A stretch of DNA of 64,000 nt from an uncultured Gemmataceae bacterium (GTDB taxonomy: Bacteria > Planctomycetota > Planctomycetia > Gemmatales > Gemmataceae). The stretch lies in contig CAVVPN010000003.1 of assembly GCA_963750165.1 (NCBI GenBank), positions 2,912,001 through 2,976,000 on the forward strand, read 5' to 3'. The translations under genes were made by a program, and so were the position numbers. Under the pieces are notes generated by a model. That model had not been told where the DNA came from, made no database searches, and was given only the letters and a program-made list of their open reading frames with translations. Every line of letters starts with the position of its first letter. Positions within the stretch are counted from its first letter, which is position 1. This document shows, piece after piece, positions 31,168 to 42,950 of the stretch.

Positions 31168-34100
31168 ATGGCCACCCCCCGCTTGTCGCCGCACCGTCTC
31201 GCCGCGCTGTCCCTGCCCCTCACGCTGTTCGCCGCCCTCGCCCTGCTGTGGACCGCCGCCGGCCCGGCGCCGCAGTCCGTCGCCCAGGAAAAGGGCCCGA
31301 CCAAGCTCGACCTGAAGCCCGGCGACCACATCTCCATCATCGGCAACACCACCGCCGACCGCCTCCAGCACGACGGCTGGCTTGAAACCTACGTCTACAG
31401 CCGCTTCCCGAAACACGATCTCGTGTTCCGCAACCTCGGCTTCTCCGGCGACGAGGTGGCCCTGCGGTTGCGCTCCGCGAACTTCGGCAGTCCCGATTCG
31501 TGGATGACGAAGAACAAGACCGACGTGGTTTTCGCCTTCTTCGGCTACAACGAGTCCTACGCCGGCACGCCCGGCCTCGACAGGTTCAAGCAGGATCTCG
31601 ACGCCTTCGTCAAGAGCACGCTGAGCAAGAACTACAGCGGCAAGGGCGCGCCGCGGATGGTGCTGTTCTCGCCCATCGCCCATGAGAATCTGAAGAACCC
31701 CAACCTGCCCGACGGCACCGAGAACAACAAACGCCTGGAGCTGTACACCGCGGCGATGGCCGACGTGGCGAAGACCAACGGCGTCGTCTTCGTCGATCTG
31801 TACCGGCCCACGCTGGAGGCGTACGGCAAAACGGATAAGGCCCTGACCATCAACGGCGTCCACCTGTCGCCGGCGGGCAACAAGGTGCTGGCACAGATCA
31901 TCGATCAGGCGCTGTTCGCCGGCGCGGCGCCGCCGCGCAACGAGCGGCAGCTGGAAAAACTGCGGCAGGCCGTCCTCGACCGCAATTTTTACTGGTTCAA
32001 CCGCTACCGCACGGTGGACGGCTACTCCGTCTTCGGCGGCCGGGCCGACCTGCGCTTCGTCGGCGGCCAGACCAACCGCGTCGTTGCCCAGCGCGAGATG
32101 GCCATTCTCGACGTGATGACCGCCAACCGCGACAAGCGCGTCTGGGCGGTGGCCCAGGGCGGCGACCTGAAAGTCGATGACAGCAACATCCCCGAATTCA
32201 TCCCGGTCATCACCAACAAGCCCGGCAAGGGCCCCGGCGGCAAGCACCTCTTCCTCGATCCCGACGCCGCCATCAAAAAGATGACCGTCGCCAAGAACAT
32301 GAAGGTGAACCTGTTCGCCTCGGAGAAGGATTTCCCCGAGATGGTCAACCCGGTGCAGATGACCTTTGACGCCAAGGGCCGGCTGTGGGTGGCGGTGTGG
32401 CCGACCTACCCGCACTGGAAGCCCAGGGAGGACATGAACGACAAGATCCTCATCCTGGAGGACACCGACGGCGACGGCAAGGCGGACAAATGCACGGTTT
32501 TCGCGGACAAGCTGCACTGCCCGACCGGCTTCGAGTTGTGGAACGGCGGCGTCATCGTCGCCCAGCAGCCGGACGTGCTATACCTGAAGGACACGAAGGG
32601 CACCGGCAAGGCCGACATGCGCGTCCGCGTCATCATGGGCATGGACTCCGCCGACACGCACCACGCCGCCAACAGTTTTGTGCTCGACCCGGGCGGCGCC
32701 CTGTACTGGCAAGAGGGCACCTTCCATCACACGCAGGTCGAGACGCCGTGGGCGCCGACGCTGCGCAACGTCAACGCCGGCGTCTACCGCTATGAGCCGC
32801 GCACCCAGAAGTTTGACGCCTACGTCGCCTTCGGCTTCGCCAACCCGCACGGCCACGTCTTCGACCGCTGGGGCCAGGACATCGTCATCGACGGCACCGG
32901 CGCCAACCCGTACCACGCGGCTCTCTTCTCCGGCCACCTGCCGTATCCGCTGCGGCACAACCGGCCGCCGCAGGTCTACCAGCAGAAGACGCGGCCCTGC
33001 CCCGGCATGGAATACCTGTCCAGCCAGCACTTCCCGCCGGAGAACAACGGCAACCTGCTGGTCGCCAACGTCATCGGCTTCCAGGGCATCTTGCAGTACA
33101 AGGTCGTGGACAACGGCGCCAGCCTGAAGGGCATTGAGGTCGAGCCGATCCTGTCCTCGACGGACCTGAACTTCCGGCCGTCGGACCTGCGCGTCGGGCC
33201 GGACGGGGCCATTTACTTCCTGGACTGGCACAATCCGATCATCGGCCACATGCAGCACAACCTGCGCGACCCGAGCCGTGACCGTGAGCACGGCCGCATT
33301 TACCGCGTCACCTACACGGGCCGGCCGCTGTCGCGGTCGCCGAAAATCGACGGCGAATCGACGGAGAAGCTGCTGGATGTGCTCAAGCATCCCGAGGACC
33401 GCGTCCGCTACCGCGCCCGCCAGGAACTGGGCAGCCGCAAGGCCGAGGACGTGCTGGCGGCGGCCAACAAATGGCTGACCGGTCTCGACCGCAACGACAA
33501 GAACTACGAGCACCACATGCTGGAGGGGCTGTGGCTGCACCAGAACCTGAACGTGGTGAATACGGACCTGCTGAAGCGCACGCTGGGCTCCAGCGACTTC
33601 CGCGCCCGCGCCGCCGCGACGCGCGTGCTGTGCTACTGGCGCGACCGCGTGCCGGACTCCCTGGAACTGCTTAAGAAGCAGGCTGCCGACAAGCACCCGC
33701 GCCTGCGCCTGGAGGCGGTGCGGGCGGCGAGCTTCTTCAAGCAGGCCGAGGCGGTGGAGGTCGTGCTGATCTCCGCCGAGCAGCCGGCCGACGAGTACAT
33801 CGAGTTCGTTCGCGGCGAGACCATGCGGGCGCTGGACCCGATCATCAAAAAGGCGCTGTCCGAGGGCAAACAGCCGCGCTTCACCAGCCTGGCGGGCGCC
33901 CGCTACTTCCTGCGCAGCGTGGACACGCCGGCGCTGCTGAAAATGAAGCGCGACAAGGCGGTGGTGCTGGAAATCCTCACGCGCAAGGGCGTGCGCGACG
34001 AGGACCGCAAGGCTGCGGTCGCCGACCTGGCGAAGCTGGACAACGTCAGCGAGCCGGTTGCCTTGCTCAGTGCCGTGCGTCTGCAGGACGAGCAGTCCGC

Positions 34101-36204
34101 CAACCAGGACGAAACGATGCTCTTCAACCTGGTGCGTCTGCTCCTGGAGCGCGGGCCGCAGCAGTTGCAGGGTGTCCGCGGCGAGCTGGAGAAGCTGGCC
34201 ACCGACGCCAAGACGCCGGTGACGCGGCAGCTGGGTTACGTCGCGCTGATCGCGGCGGACGGCGGCGTCGAGCCGGCGTGGAAGCTGGGCACGAAGTCCG
34301 CCGCGGCACTGCAGGACCTGGTGCAGGCGGTGCCGCTGGTGCGCGACGCGGAGCACCGCGCCGCGCTGTACCCGAAGGTCGCGCCGCTGCTGCAGGGCTT
34401 GCCACGGGAGTTGCAGGGCAAGACCGGTGCCGCCATCATGGGCCGCTACGTCCGCGTTGAGATTCCGGGCAAAAAGAAGACGTTGACGCTCGCGGAAGTG
34501 GAAGTCATCAGCAACGGCCAGAACGTCGCCCGCCAGGGCAAGGCGACGCAGAAGAACACGGCCTACGGCGGCGACGCGAGCAGGGCCATCGACGGCAACA
34601 AGAGCAGCGCTTACAACGACGGCGGCCAGACTCACTCGGTCGAGGGCACTGACAATCCGTGGTGGGAGGTGGACCTCGGCAAGGAGTACGCCATCAACAA
34701 GGTGCTGATCTACAACCGCACCGACGGCGGCCTGGGCAAGCGCCTGAACGGTTACACGCTCAAGGTGCTGGCCAAGAATCGCCAGGTCGTCTACGAGCGC
34801 AAGAAGCAGCCGGCGCCGGCGGTGAAGGCGGCGTTCGCGGTCAGCGCGGCGTCACCGGAGGTGATCGTGCGGCACGCGGCCATGCAGGCGTTGACGGCAG
34901 TGCGTGGCCAGGAGGCGGCGACGTTCAAGACACTGACGCCGTTCGTGATGAAGGACGCGGATCGCCACGCCGCGGTGCAGGCGCTGCTGCGCATCCCCGG
35001 CAAATACTGGCCGAAGGAGGCGGTCAAGCCGCTGCTGGAGAAGGTGCTGACGTTCGTGAAGTCGGTGCCGGTGAAGGAGCGGACGACGCCGGAGGCACTG
35101 GACGCGCTGCAGCTGGCGGACAACCTCGCGGGCCAGCTGCCGCTGGCGGAGGCGCGGCAGGTGCGGCAGCTGCTGGGTGAGCTGGGCGTGCGCGTCATCC
35201 GCATGGGCACGGTGCCGGACCAGATGCGTTTCGACAAGGATCGCATCGTGGTCAAGGCCGGCAAGCAGGTGGAAATCCTGTTCGACAACAACGACCTGAT
35301 GCCGCACAACCTGGTGGTGGTGCAGCCGGGGTCGCTGGAGGAGATCGGCAACCTGGCGGAGGCGTCGGCGACGGACCCGGCGGCGCTGGCACGGCAATAC
35401 GTGCCGCCGAGCAAGAAGGTGCTGCACGCGACGCGGCTGCTGGCGCCGCGCGAGTCGCAGAAGCTGAGCTTCGTGGCGCCGAAGGTGCCGGGCGTCTACC
35501 CGTATGTCTGCACCTACCCCGGCCACTGGCGGCGCATGTACGGGGCGCTGTACGTGGTGCCGGACCTGGAGGAATATCTGGCGAACCCCGAGGGCTACCT
35601 GGCCAAGAACCCGCTGCCGGCCAAGGACGAGCTGCTGAAGTTCACGCGGCCGCGGACGGAGTGGAAATACGAGGACGTGGCGCCGGCGGTGGCGAAGATG
35701 AAGGACGGCCGGTCGTTCGCCAATGGCAAGCTGATGTTCACGGTGGCGAACTGCATTGCCTGCCACAAGCTGAACAACGTCGGCCAGGAGATCGGCCCGG
35801 ACCTGACCAAACTGGACGCCAAGCAGAAAAAGCCGCTGGAGGTGCTCAGGGACGTGCTGGAGCCGTCGTTCCGCATCAACGAAAAGTATCAGAGCTACAT
35901 CTTCGAGACGGACGAGGGCAAATTCATCACCGGCATGCTCGTCAAGAAGACGGGCAAGGAGTACCACGTGCTGGAGAACCCGCTGGCCAAGGCGCAGCCG
36001 ACCATCCTCAAGGCGGAGAACGTGGTCAGCAGCAAGAAGTCGCCGGTGTCCATCATGCCCAAGGGGCAGCTGGACCAGCTGACGCATGAGGAGATTCTGG
36101 ACCTCGTTGCCTATGTGGTGGCGGGCGGCAATCCGCGGGACGCGCTGTTCCAGGGCGGCCACGAACACCACGGGGAGAAGAAGGAGAAGGAACACAAGCA
36201 CTGA
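31168..36204 (+). CDS. PVC-type multidomain heme protein: SGNH/GDSL, beta-propeller dehydrogenase-like, HEAT, fucolectin-like, cupredoxin, CxxCH cytochrome c
   Basis: RNLGFSGD and INGVH; NPVQMTFDAKGRLWV and DTDGDGKAD; ASRAIDGN..THS..NPWWEVDLG; MPHNLV..YVCTYPGHWRRM; CIACH..IGPDLT..SIMP. Confidence 0.92.
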   Translation: MATPRLSPHRLAALSLPLTLFAALALLWTAAGPAPQSVAQEKGPTKLDLKPGDHISIIGNTTADRLQHDGWLETYVYSRFPKHDLVFRNLGFSGDEVALRLRSANFGSPDSWMTKNKTDVVFAFFGYNESYAGTPGLDRFKQDLDAFVKSTLSKNYSGKGAPRMVLFSPIAHENLKNPNLPDGTENNKRLELYTAAMADVAKTNGVVFVDLYRPTLEAYGKTDKALTINGVHLSPAGNKVLAQIIDQALFAGAAPPRNERQLEKLRQAVLDRNFYWFNRYRTVDGYSVFGGRADLRFVGGQTNRVVAQREMAILDVMTANRDKRVWAVAQGGDLKVDDSNIPEFIPVITNKPGKGPGGKHLFLDPDAAIKKMTVAKNMKVNLFASEKDFPEMVNPVQMTFDAKGRLWVAVWPTYPHWKPREDMNDKILILEDTDGDGKADKCTVFADKLHCPTGFELWNGGVIVAQQPDVLYLKDTKGTGKADMRVRVIMGMDSADTHHAANSFVLDPGGALYWQEGTFHHTQVETPWAPTLRNVNAGVYRYEPRTQKFDAYVAFGFANPHGHVFDRWGQDIVIDGTGANPYHAALFSGHLPYPLRHNRPPQVYQQKTRPCPGMEYLSSQHFPPENNGNLLVANVIGFQGILQYKVVDNGASLKGIEVEPILSSTDLNFRPSDLRVGPDGAIYFLDWHNPIIGHMQHNLRDPSRDREHGRIYRVTYTGRPLSRSPKIDGESTEKLLDVLKHPEDRVRYRARQELGSRKAEDVLAAANKWLTGLDRNDKNYEHHMLEGLWLHQNLNVVNTDLLKRTLGSSDFRARAAATRVLCYWRDRVPDSLELLKKQAADKHPRLRLEAVRAASFFKQAEAVEVVLISAEQPADEYIEFVRGETMRALDPIIKKALSEGKQPRFTSLAGARYFLRSVDTPALLKMKRDKAVVLEILTRKGVRDEDRKAAVADLAKLDNVSEPVALLSAVRLQDEQSANQDETMLFNLVRLLLERGPQQLQGVRGELEKLATDAKTPVTRQLGYVALIAADGGVEPAWKLGTKSAAALQDLVQAVPLVRDAEHRAALYPKVAPLLQGLPRELQGKTGAAIMGRYVRVEIPGKKKTLTLAEVEVISNGQNVARQGKATQKNTAYGGDASRAIDGNKSSAYNDGGQTHSVEGTDNPWWEVDLGKEYAINKVLIYNRTDGGLGKRLNGYTLKVLAKNRQVVYERKKQPAPAVKAAFAVSAASPEVIVRHAAMQALTAVRGQEAATFKTLTPFVMKDADRHAAVQALLRIPGKYWPKEAVKPLLEKVLTFVKSVPVKERTTPEALDALQLADNLAGQLPLAEARQVRQLLGELGVRVIRMGTVPDQMRFDKDRIVVKAGKQVEILFDNNDLMPHNLVVVQPGSLEEIGNLAEASATDPAALARQYVPPSKKVLHATRLLAPRESQKLSFVAPKVPGVYPYVCTYPGHWRRMYGALYVVPDLEEYLANPEGYLAKNPLPAKDELLKFTRPRTEWKYEDVAPAVAKMKDGRSFANGKLMFTVANCIACHKLNNVGQEIGPDLTKLDAKQKKPLEVLRDVLEPSFRINEKYQSYIFETDEGKFITGMLVKKTGKEYHVLENPLAKAQPTILKAENVVSSKKSPVSIMPKGQLDQLTHEEILDLVAYVVAGGNPRDALFQGGHEHHGEKKEKEHKH

Positions 36205-36311
36205 TTGGTGTTAGCATTTCCGTGGTGGCACCTCGGTGACGCCGGGTGCCATGCTTTCACGGCCCTTCGGAGACCTGGTTTGTGCATGATGGCAAGCAGG
36301 GCCGCGAAAGC

Positions 36312-37451
36312 ATGGCACCCCAGATGACGCTGCGCCTGGGCGTGGTGCGTGACGCCCGCGTGGAGCGCTGGCCGAGCATGGACCTGTGCGCCGACCAGCT
36401 CCTCGCCCAGCTGCCGCCGACCGTCGCCGCGACCGACCTCGACGCCCCCTTCCGCCGCCGCGCCCAGATGCTGCCGATCCTCGGCCGACGAACCGCCGCG
36501 TTCAACGCCGACCGGGCGCTGCACCGGCACGTCGCGCTGCCGCGCTTCCTCCGCCGCCGGGCCGCCGACTTCGACTTTTTCCACATCGTGGACCACAGCT
36601 ACGCCCATGCGGTGCTGGCGCTGCCGCCCGGCCGGGCCGGCGTCTACTGCCACGACCTCGACGCCTTCCGCTCGCTGCTCGAACCGGAGCGCGAGCCGCG
36701 GCCGTGGTGGTTCCGCTGGCTCGCCCGCCGCACCCTGCGCGGCCTCCAGACCGCCGCCCTGGTGTTCCACAACTCGACCGAGGTGGGCCGTCAGCTCACG
36801 GACAGCGGCCTCGTACCGGCGACCCGGCTCGTCCACGCACCGCTCGGCGTCGCCGCCGAATTCACCGCGGCCGAAACCGGACAGGTTGAGCTGCCGGCCC
36901 CGGGCTGGCCCACCGGTCCGTATCTCCTGCACGTCGGCAGCCACCTGCCGCGCAAGCGCATCGACGTGCTGCTCGACGTGTTCGCGGCCGTGCGGGCGAA
37001 GCATCCGGGCGTCCGGCTGGTGCAGGTCGGGCCGCCGTGGTCCGCCGCGGCCGCCGGGCGCATCGAGCGGCTCGGGGTCGGAGCGGCCGTCGTGCAGTTC
37101 AGCGGCCTGAGCCGCGGCCAGCTGGCGGCGCTGTATCGGCGGGCCGCGGCGGTCCTGGTCCCCAGCGCGGCTGAGGGCTTCGGCCTGCCGGTGATCGAGG
37201 CGCTGGCGTGCGGCGCGGCGGTGGTGGCGAGCGATCTGCCGGTGCTGCGCGAGGTCGGCGGCGCCGCCGTCGTCTTCCGCTCCGTGGCCGACGTGCCGGC
37301 GTGGGCCGCGGCCGTGGCGGCGTTGCTGATCGACCCCGCCCAGGCCCCGCCGCCGGACGTGCGTATCGCCCAGGCCGCGCGCTTCACCTGGACAGCCCAC
37401 GCCCGGGTCATCGCCGACGCTTACGGCCGGCTGGCCGCGGAGGGCCGATGA
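36312..37451 (+). CDS. Glycosyltransferase family 4
   Basis: FHIVDHSYAH, LHVGSHLPRKRID, PSAAEGFGLPVIEALACG. Confidence 0.92.
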   Translation: MAPQMTLRLGVVRDARVERWPSMDLCADQLLAQLPPTVAATDLDAPFRRRAQMLPILGRRTAAFNADRALHRHVALPRFLRRRAADFDFFHIVDHSYAHAVLALPPGRAGVYCHDLDAFRSLLEPEREPRPWWFRWLARRTLRGLQTAALVFHNSTEVGRQLTDSGLVPATRLVHAPLGVAAEFTAAETGQVELPAPGWPTGPYLLHVGSHLPRKRIDVLLDVFAAVRAKHPGVRLVQVGPPWSAAAAGRIERLGVGAAVVQFSGLSRGQLAALYRRAAAVLVPSAAEGFGLPVIEALACGAAVVASDLPVLREVGGAAVVFRSVADVPAWAAAVAALLIDPAQAPPPDVRIAQAARFTWTAHARVIADAYGRLAAEGR

Positions 37452-38785
37452 GGCTGTTATTGCTCAACCCCAGTGGCGGCCTCGGCGGGGCCGAGCGCGT
37501 GCTGCTCGCCGCCCTGCAGGCGCTGCGGCACGGTCGGCCGCGGGACGAGCTGCACCTGCTCACCCTCGCCGACGGCCCGCTGCTGGCCGCCGCCCGGGCG
37601 CTCGGCGTGACGGCGGAAGCGCTGCCCGTACCCGCGGGCCTGGCGGGCCTGGGCGACAGCCAGCTGCGCCAGGGCGGCTCGTGGCGCCGCCTTGGAAGCG
37701 TGCTCCGCCAAGGCCTGGCGGCTGCCCCCGCCGCCGCGGAACTGCTCCGTCACCTGTCGCGCCGGCTGCGCCAGCTGCGGCCCGCCCTGATCCACTCCAA
37801 CGGCCTGAAAACCCATATCCTCAGCGCCCTGGTCCGGCCGGCCGGTGTGCCGCTGGTCTGGCACGCCCACGATTTTTACGGCGCCCGCCCGCTGGCACGG
37901 CGGCTGCTGCCCTGGCTCGGCAAGGGCGTGCGCGTGCTGGCGATCTCGGCGGCGGTCGGCCGCGATGTGCAGGCGCTGCTGCCGCGCGCTCCGGTCACAG
38001 TGCTGCCCAACGCCGTGGACACCCGGGCCTTCGCCCCCGGCCCCGGCGACGGCGCCGGGCTCGACCGCCTCGCCGGACTGGACCCGGCCCCCGCTGGCGT
38101 GGTCCGCGTCGGCCTGGTCGCCACCTACGCGCGCTGGAAGGGCCACGGCGTTTTCCTGGAAGCGCTGGGCCGTCTGCGGCGGAGCCAGCCCGATCTGCCC
38201 GTGCGCGGCTACGTGGTTGGCGGCCCCATCTATCAGACGCAGGGCTCGCAGGTGTCGCGGGCGGAGTTGCGCGAGGCGGCCCGGCACTGGGGGGTGGCGG
38301 ACTGCGTTGGCTTCGTCGAGTTTCAGGCGGACCCCGTGCCAGTGTACCGCGCCCTGGATGTGATGGTCCACGCCAGCACGCAGCCGGAGCCGTTCGGGTT
38401 GACCGTCATTGAGGCCCTGGCGTGCGGCCGGGCGATCGTCGTCAGCGCGGCGGGCGGCGCGGCCGAGCTGTTCACCCACGACCACGACGCCCTGGGGGTG
38501 CCGCCGGGGGACGCCACCGCCCTGGCGGCGGCCCTGGAGCGACTGGCGAACGACGAACCCCTGCGCCGGCGGCTCGGCGCCGACGGCCGCGCCACCGTCC
38601 TCGCCCGCTTCGATCAGGAGCGGTTCGTCCGGCAGTTCCTTGGGTTCTATGAAGAAGTGTTGGCGAGCGGGGCGCAGATCCCGGGAGGAATCAACGATCG
38701 GCAAAGTTACACGGTGAATTCCACAAACTCTCAATCCTCGGATAAAACAGCCGCGGAGCAAAATGAAGATCCCGTAAAATTTTGA
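37448..38785 (+). CDS. Glycosyltransferase family 4
   Basis: GGAERVL, IHSNGLKTH, RWKGHGVFLEA, HASTQPEPFGLTVIEALACG. Confidence 0.92.
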   Translation: MRLLLLNPSGGLGGAERVLLAALQALRHGRPRDELHLLTLADGPLLAAARALGVTAEALPVPAGLAGLGDSQLRQGGSWRRLGSVLRQGLAAAPAAAELLRHLSRRLRQLRPALIHSNGLKTHILSALVRPAGVPLVWHAHDFYGARPLARRLLPWLGKGVRVLAISAAVGRDVQALLPRAPVTVLPNAVDTRAFAPGPGDGAGLDRLAGLDPAPAGVVRVGLVATYARWKGHGVFLEALGRLRRSQPDLPVRGYVVGGPIYQTQGSQVSRAELREAARHWGVADCVGFVEFQADPVPVYRALDVMVHASTQPEPFGLTVIEALACGRAIVVSAAGGAAELFTHDHDALGVPPGDATALAAALERLANDEPLRRRLGADGRATVLARFDQERFVRQFLGFYEEVLASGAQIPGGINDRQSYTVNSTNSQSSDKTAAEQNEDPVKF

Positions 38786-38897
38786 AGAATGCAATAATTG
38801 CGACATTGTAATGACTCGGGCCTGGGATAAAGTGATTTTTTATTCTTTCACGTGAATGCGAGTTGTTCTTGTCTCCGCCTTATTCATTGGAGGTCGC

Positions 38898-39845
<948 letters not shown>

Positions 39846-39878
39846 CGCGGGCGCAAACCGAAATCACGAGGACTCATC

Positions 39879-40343
39879 ATGGGGTATCGTTTGTGGGCGG
39901 TCGCTGGCGTCCTCGCGGCCGCCCTGGTCGGCGGTTGCGGCACGGGCAAACCGGAGCCGCCGCCGATCGTTCCGGTCGAGGGCGTCGTCCTGCTGGAGGG
40001 CAGGCCGCTGAACAAGGTCGTGGTGCAGTTCCAGCCGGCGACCAACCACGACCCGGAGTACCTGGCGACCGGCGTGACCGACGAGAAGGGGCGGTTCAAA
40101 CTGACCTGCAAGGGCCAGCCCGGGGCGTGCTCCGGGGAGAACCAGGTGGCCGTGAAGGAAGCGGATTTCCCGCCCGAGCTCATGGGCGCGGGCCCGACGA
40201 AATATCAGAAACGCCGGGAGTACCTCGACGCGCTGGGCCCCCGGCCGCCGACGAAGTACGGCAACTTCGCGGAAAGCCCGCTGAAGGTCCGGGTGTCCGC
40301 TGACAGGAAGGAATACACCCTGGAACTGAAGCGCGAGCAGTGA
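39879..40343 (+). CDS. Lipoprotein typical of DUF1559 neighbours
   Basis: Lipobox LVGGC, VPVEGVVLLEGRPL, GVTDEKGRFKL, PTKYG..SPL. Confidence 0.85.
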   Translation: MGYRLWAVAGVLAAALVGGCGTGKPEPPPIVPVEGVVLLEGRPLNKVVVQFQPATNHDPEYLATGVTDEKGRFKLTCKGQPGACSGENQVAVKEADFPPELMGAGPTKYQKRREYLDALGPRPPTKYGNFAESPLKVRVSADRKEYTLELKREQ

Positions 40344-40367
40344 CGGCTTCGCTCGGGCTCTGACAGG

Positions 40368-40418
40368 AAACGCCACGCGGCGGGTGGGAGATGTTCTCCC
40401 ACCCGCCGCGTGGCGTTT
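40368..40418. terminator. Perfect hairpin, probable bidirectional terminator
   Basis: AAACGCCACGCGGCGGGTGGGAGA TGT TCTCCCACCCGCCGCGTGGCGTTT between convergent genes. Confidence 0.8.
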
Positions 40419-40438
40419 TCCACGTTTGCCAGCGCCGG

Positions 40439-41039
40439 TCAGCAGAGCAGCAATTCCGTCAGCCCGAGCTGCTGGGCGACCCGGTTGCAGGCGCGGGACA
40501 GTTTCTTGCGCACTGCCTCGGCGGAGGAGCCTTGCTCGGCGGCGATAGCGGACCAGTCATCGCCCTGGGCGCACTGCTCAGCGAGACGGCGTTCCTCGCT
40601 GGTCAGGCGCCGAAAAAACTCGTTCAGCAGTTCATGGCCGGCGACGATGCGGCTCGGCGGCGGTTCGCTGGCGGCGAGCAGGGCCAGGTCGCCGCCCGAG
40701 CGCTGATCCTGCAAGCGCCGCCGGTCGCGCCGCTGGGCCTGGTACTTGCGGGCCTCGTCCCGGACCTTGTTGCGCGCCATGGTTACGAGCAGCTTGAGAA
40801 GCTGCTCGGCGTCGTCCACCTGGAACTCCCCCGCCACGGCCCGCGCGAAGAAGGTGGCCAGGATCGACTGCGAGATGTCACCGACATCCATGACGCGGTG
40901 CAGGCTGAAAACTGGTCAGGAACAGGCGAATCGGTTTGTAGATTACCGGCTCGACGCGTCGTACCAGTTCGGTGGCGGCCTCCTGCTCTCTCGCACGCAC
41001 CCGCCGGATCAAATCCTGAAACTGCGACTGCGTTATCAT
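40439..41039 (-). pseudogene. Planctomycete ECF sigma factor with one frameshift near 40910
   Basis: MITQSQFQDLIRRVRAREQEAATELVRR continues in another frame as MDVGDISQS..LLVTMARNKV..AQRRD..IAAEQGSSAEAVRKKLSRA. Confidence 0.82.
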
Positions 41040-41184
41040 GCAGGTCCTCCGTTAACCACTCGAAAACTACAGGGGCGGACAGCGACCGGGAGTGCCGGGG
41101 AGAAAGCGCCGCCCGCGCCCCTCCACGGTGACGGGACCGGTGACCTGGGAAGTGCAAACCGGCCGGCGCGGCTGGCTGAACGTC

Positions 41185-42594
41185 TTACGCATCCAACCCG
41201 AAGCAGGAAAGGGGGCCGAAATACCAGTCCTCGTGGCCGGGATCGTCGTAGTGCCAGCCGTCGCAGTCTCCGCCGTGGCCGCTGGTTTGGTTGCCGTAAA
41301 TCTGGTTGTTCGGCGAGTTCGTCAGCCGGATGGCCAGGCCAACGTTCTGGACGAGGACGTTGCCCGTGATCCGGTTGCCCGTCGAGTCGGTCAGACTGAT
41401 ACCGTCGCCGCCGGTGCCGGTCACGCGGTTGCCCTGGATCGCATTGTTGTTGGAGGTCACCAGCTGAATGCCGTACGCGGAGTTGTCGTCCAGCTCGTTG
41501 CCTTCGATCTCGTTGTGGTTGCTGCTCTCCAGGTACACGCCACCGAAGTTGACGCTCCCGGAGAGGTTGTTGTCCTCGATCTCGTTACCGCTGGAGTCCA
41601 GCATGGAGACGCCATCGCCGCCGCTGTGGGTGACACAGTTGCCCTCGACCTCGGTGTTCGTGGCGCTGGTCAGGATGATGCCGTCGTACAGGCTGTTGCG
41701 GACGGTGTTGCCAATCACGAAGGCGTCGCTCGCCTGCAACACCTGCAGGCCGGAGCCGTTCTGGCTCAGGTCATTGCCGGACACGAGGGTCGGCCGGCTC
41801 GTCTGGTAGATGAGGACGCCCAGGGCGGTGATGTCGCCGGGGGCGCTGTAATTGTTCTGGGAGATGGTGTTGCCCACGATGATGGCGGTGGCGCCGAAGC
41901 CGACCTGGACGCCGTTCTGGGCCACCACCGCCGTCGGCCCGATGCCGGTGATGGTGTTGTCCTTGACCACGGCCGCCGACTGGTTGCCGTCGATGATGAT
42001 GCCACCCTTCTCGTAGCCAGTGATGACGTTGTGCGTCACGAGGGCAGAGCCGCCTATGAACCCGGTCGGGTCGCCGTTGTCGCCCACGCGGATGCCGTAG
42101 CCGTATGGATTGCTGGGGCCGCTGAACGTGTTCTGAATGGTGTTATTGTGGATGTCGGCCGAGCCGTGGTTCAGGACGCGGATGGCCGCGTCCAGCGGTT
42201 GGTGGTTGCCGTCCACCACGAAGCCTTCGACCTCCACGCACGTGGCACCGATGATGTTGATGATGCCGGTGTTGCTGGCGATGTTGGTGGGGGCGATGAT
42301 GGTGGCCCGGCCGCTGTGCTCGGCGACCAGATCGATGCCGTTCTTGGTGATGGTGACCGACTCGGCATAGACGCCGTCGCTCACCCGAATGGTGTCACCG
42401 TTTTTGGCCGCGGTCAGGGCCGCGGTGATGGTGGAGTAGTTGTTGGCGCCATGGGGGCCTCCCACCGTAAGGGTGGACGGCACCCAACGCCCCTCAAGTC
42501 CTTCGAGGTGGAGGCGGTTGGTCGTCTTCCGGGCGGGACGGGAAGGCTTCGCGAACCAAGCCGCTATCCATTGTCGCAGCTTCTTGAACCACAT
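41185..42594 (-). CDS. Secreted right-handed parallel beta-helix protein
   Basis: LHLEGLEGRWVPS motif, YSTITAAL..GDTIRVSDGVYAE, many GI-x-L..N..I.GN repeats. Confidence 0.88.
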   Translation of the reverse strand: MWFKKLRQWIAAWFAKPSRPARKTTNRLHLEGLEGRWVPSTLTVGGPHGANNYSTITAALTAAKNGDTIRVSDGVYAESVTITKNGIDLVAEHSGRATIIAPTNIASNTGIINIIGATCVEVEGFVVDGNHQPLDAAIRVLNHGSADIHNNTIQNTFSGPSNPYGYGIRVGDNGDPTGFIGGSALVTHNVITGYEKGGIIIDGNQSAAVVKDNTITGIGPTAVVAQNGVQVGFGATAIIVGNTISQNNYSAPGDITALGVLIYQTSRPTLVSGNDLSQNGSGLQVLQASDAFVIGNTVRNSLYDGIILTSATNTEVEGNCVTHSGGDGVSMLDSSGNEIEDNNLSGSVNFGGVYLESSNHNEIEGNELDDNSAYGIQLVTSNNNAIQGNRVTGTGGDGISLTDSTGNRITGNVLVQNVGLAIRLTNSPNNQIYGNQTSGHGGDCDGWHYDDPGHEDWYFGPLSCFGLDA

Positions 42595-42950
42595 GCTCGT
42601 TCTCTCCGAGGAACCAGAAGGGATCATTCGACGCCGGTTGGCGGGCCCTTCAGAGGAAGGGCGGCACCTGGCACAACGAGTTCTACGGTGCGGGATGTGG
42701 GGAAGGTGAGGTGTAAGACGGCTCTGAAGAGCCGTCCTACATCTCCTCCATTCCCCACCTCGCACAGTAGAACTATCAAAACAGGGGTGAAATCTGACCG
42801 AACCGGGGGTTCCCAATCATCAGGAACGCGGTTAGGGGGAGCGGCCCAGTCTTTCGGAGATTGTTTTATTAACCCGTCAGGGTGGTGTCGTGAAAAGAAC
42901 GTGAAACACTAAAGTACGTTCCGTGTCACCCCACGGCCAACTCCGTTTCC

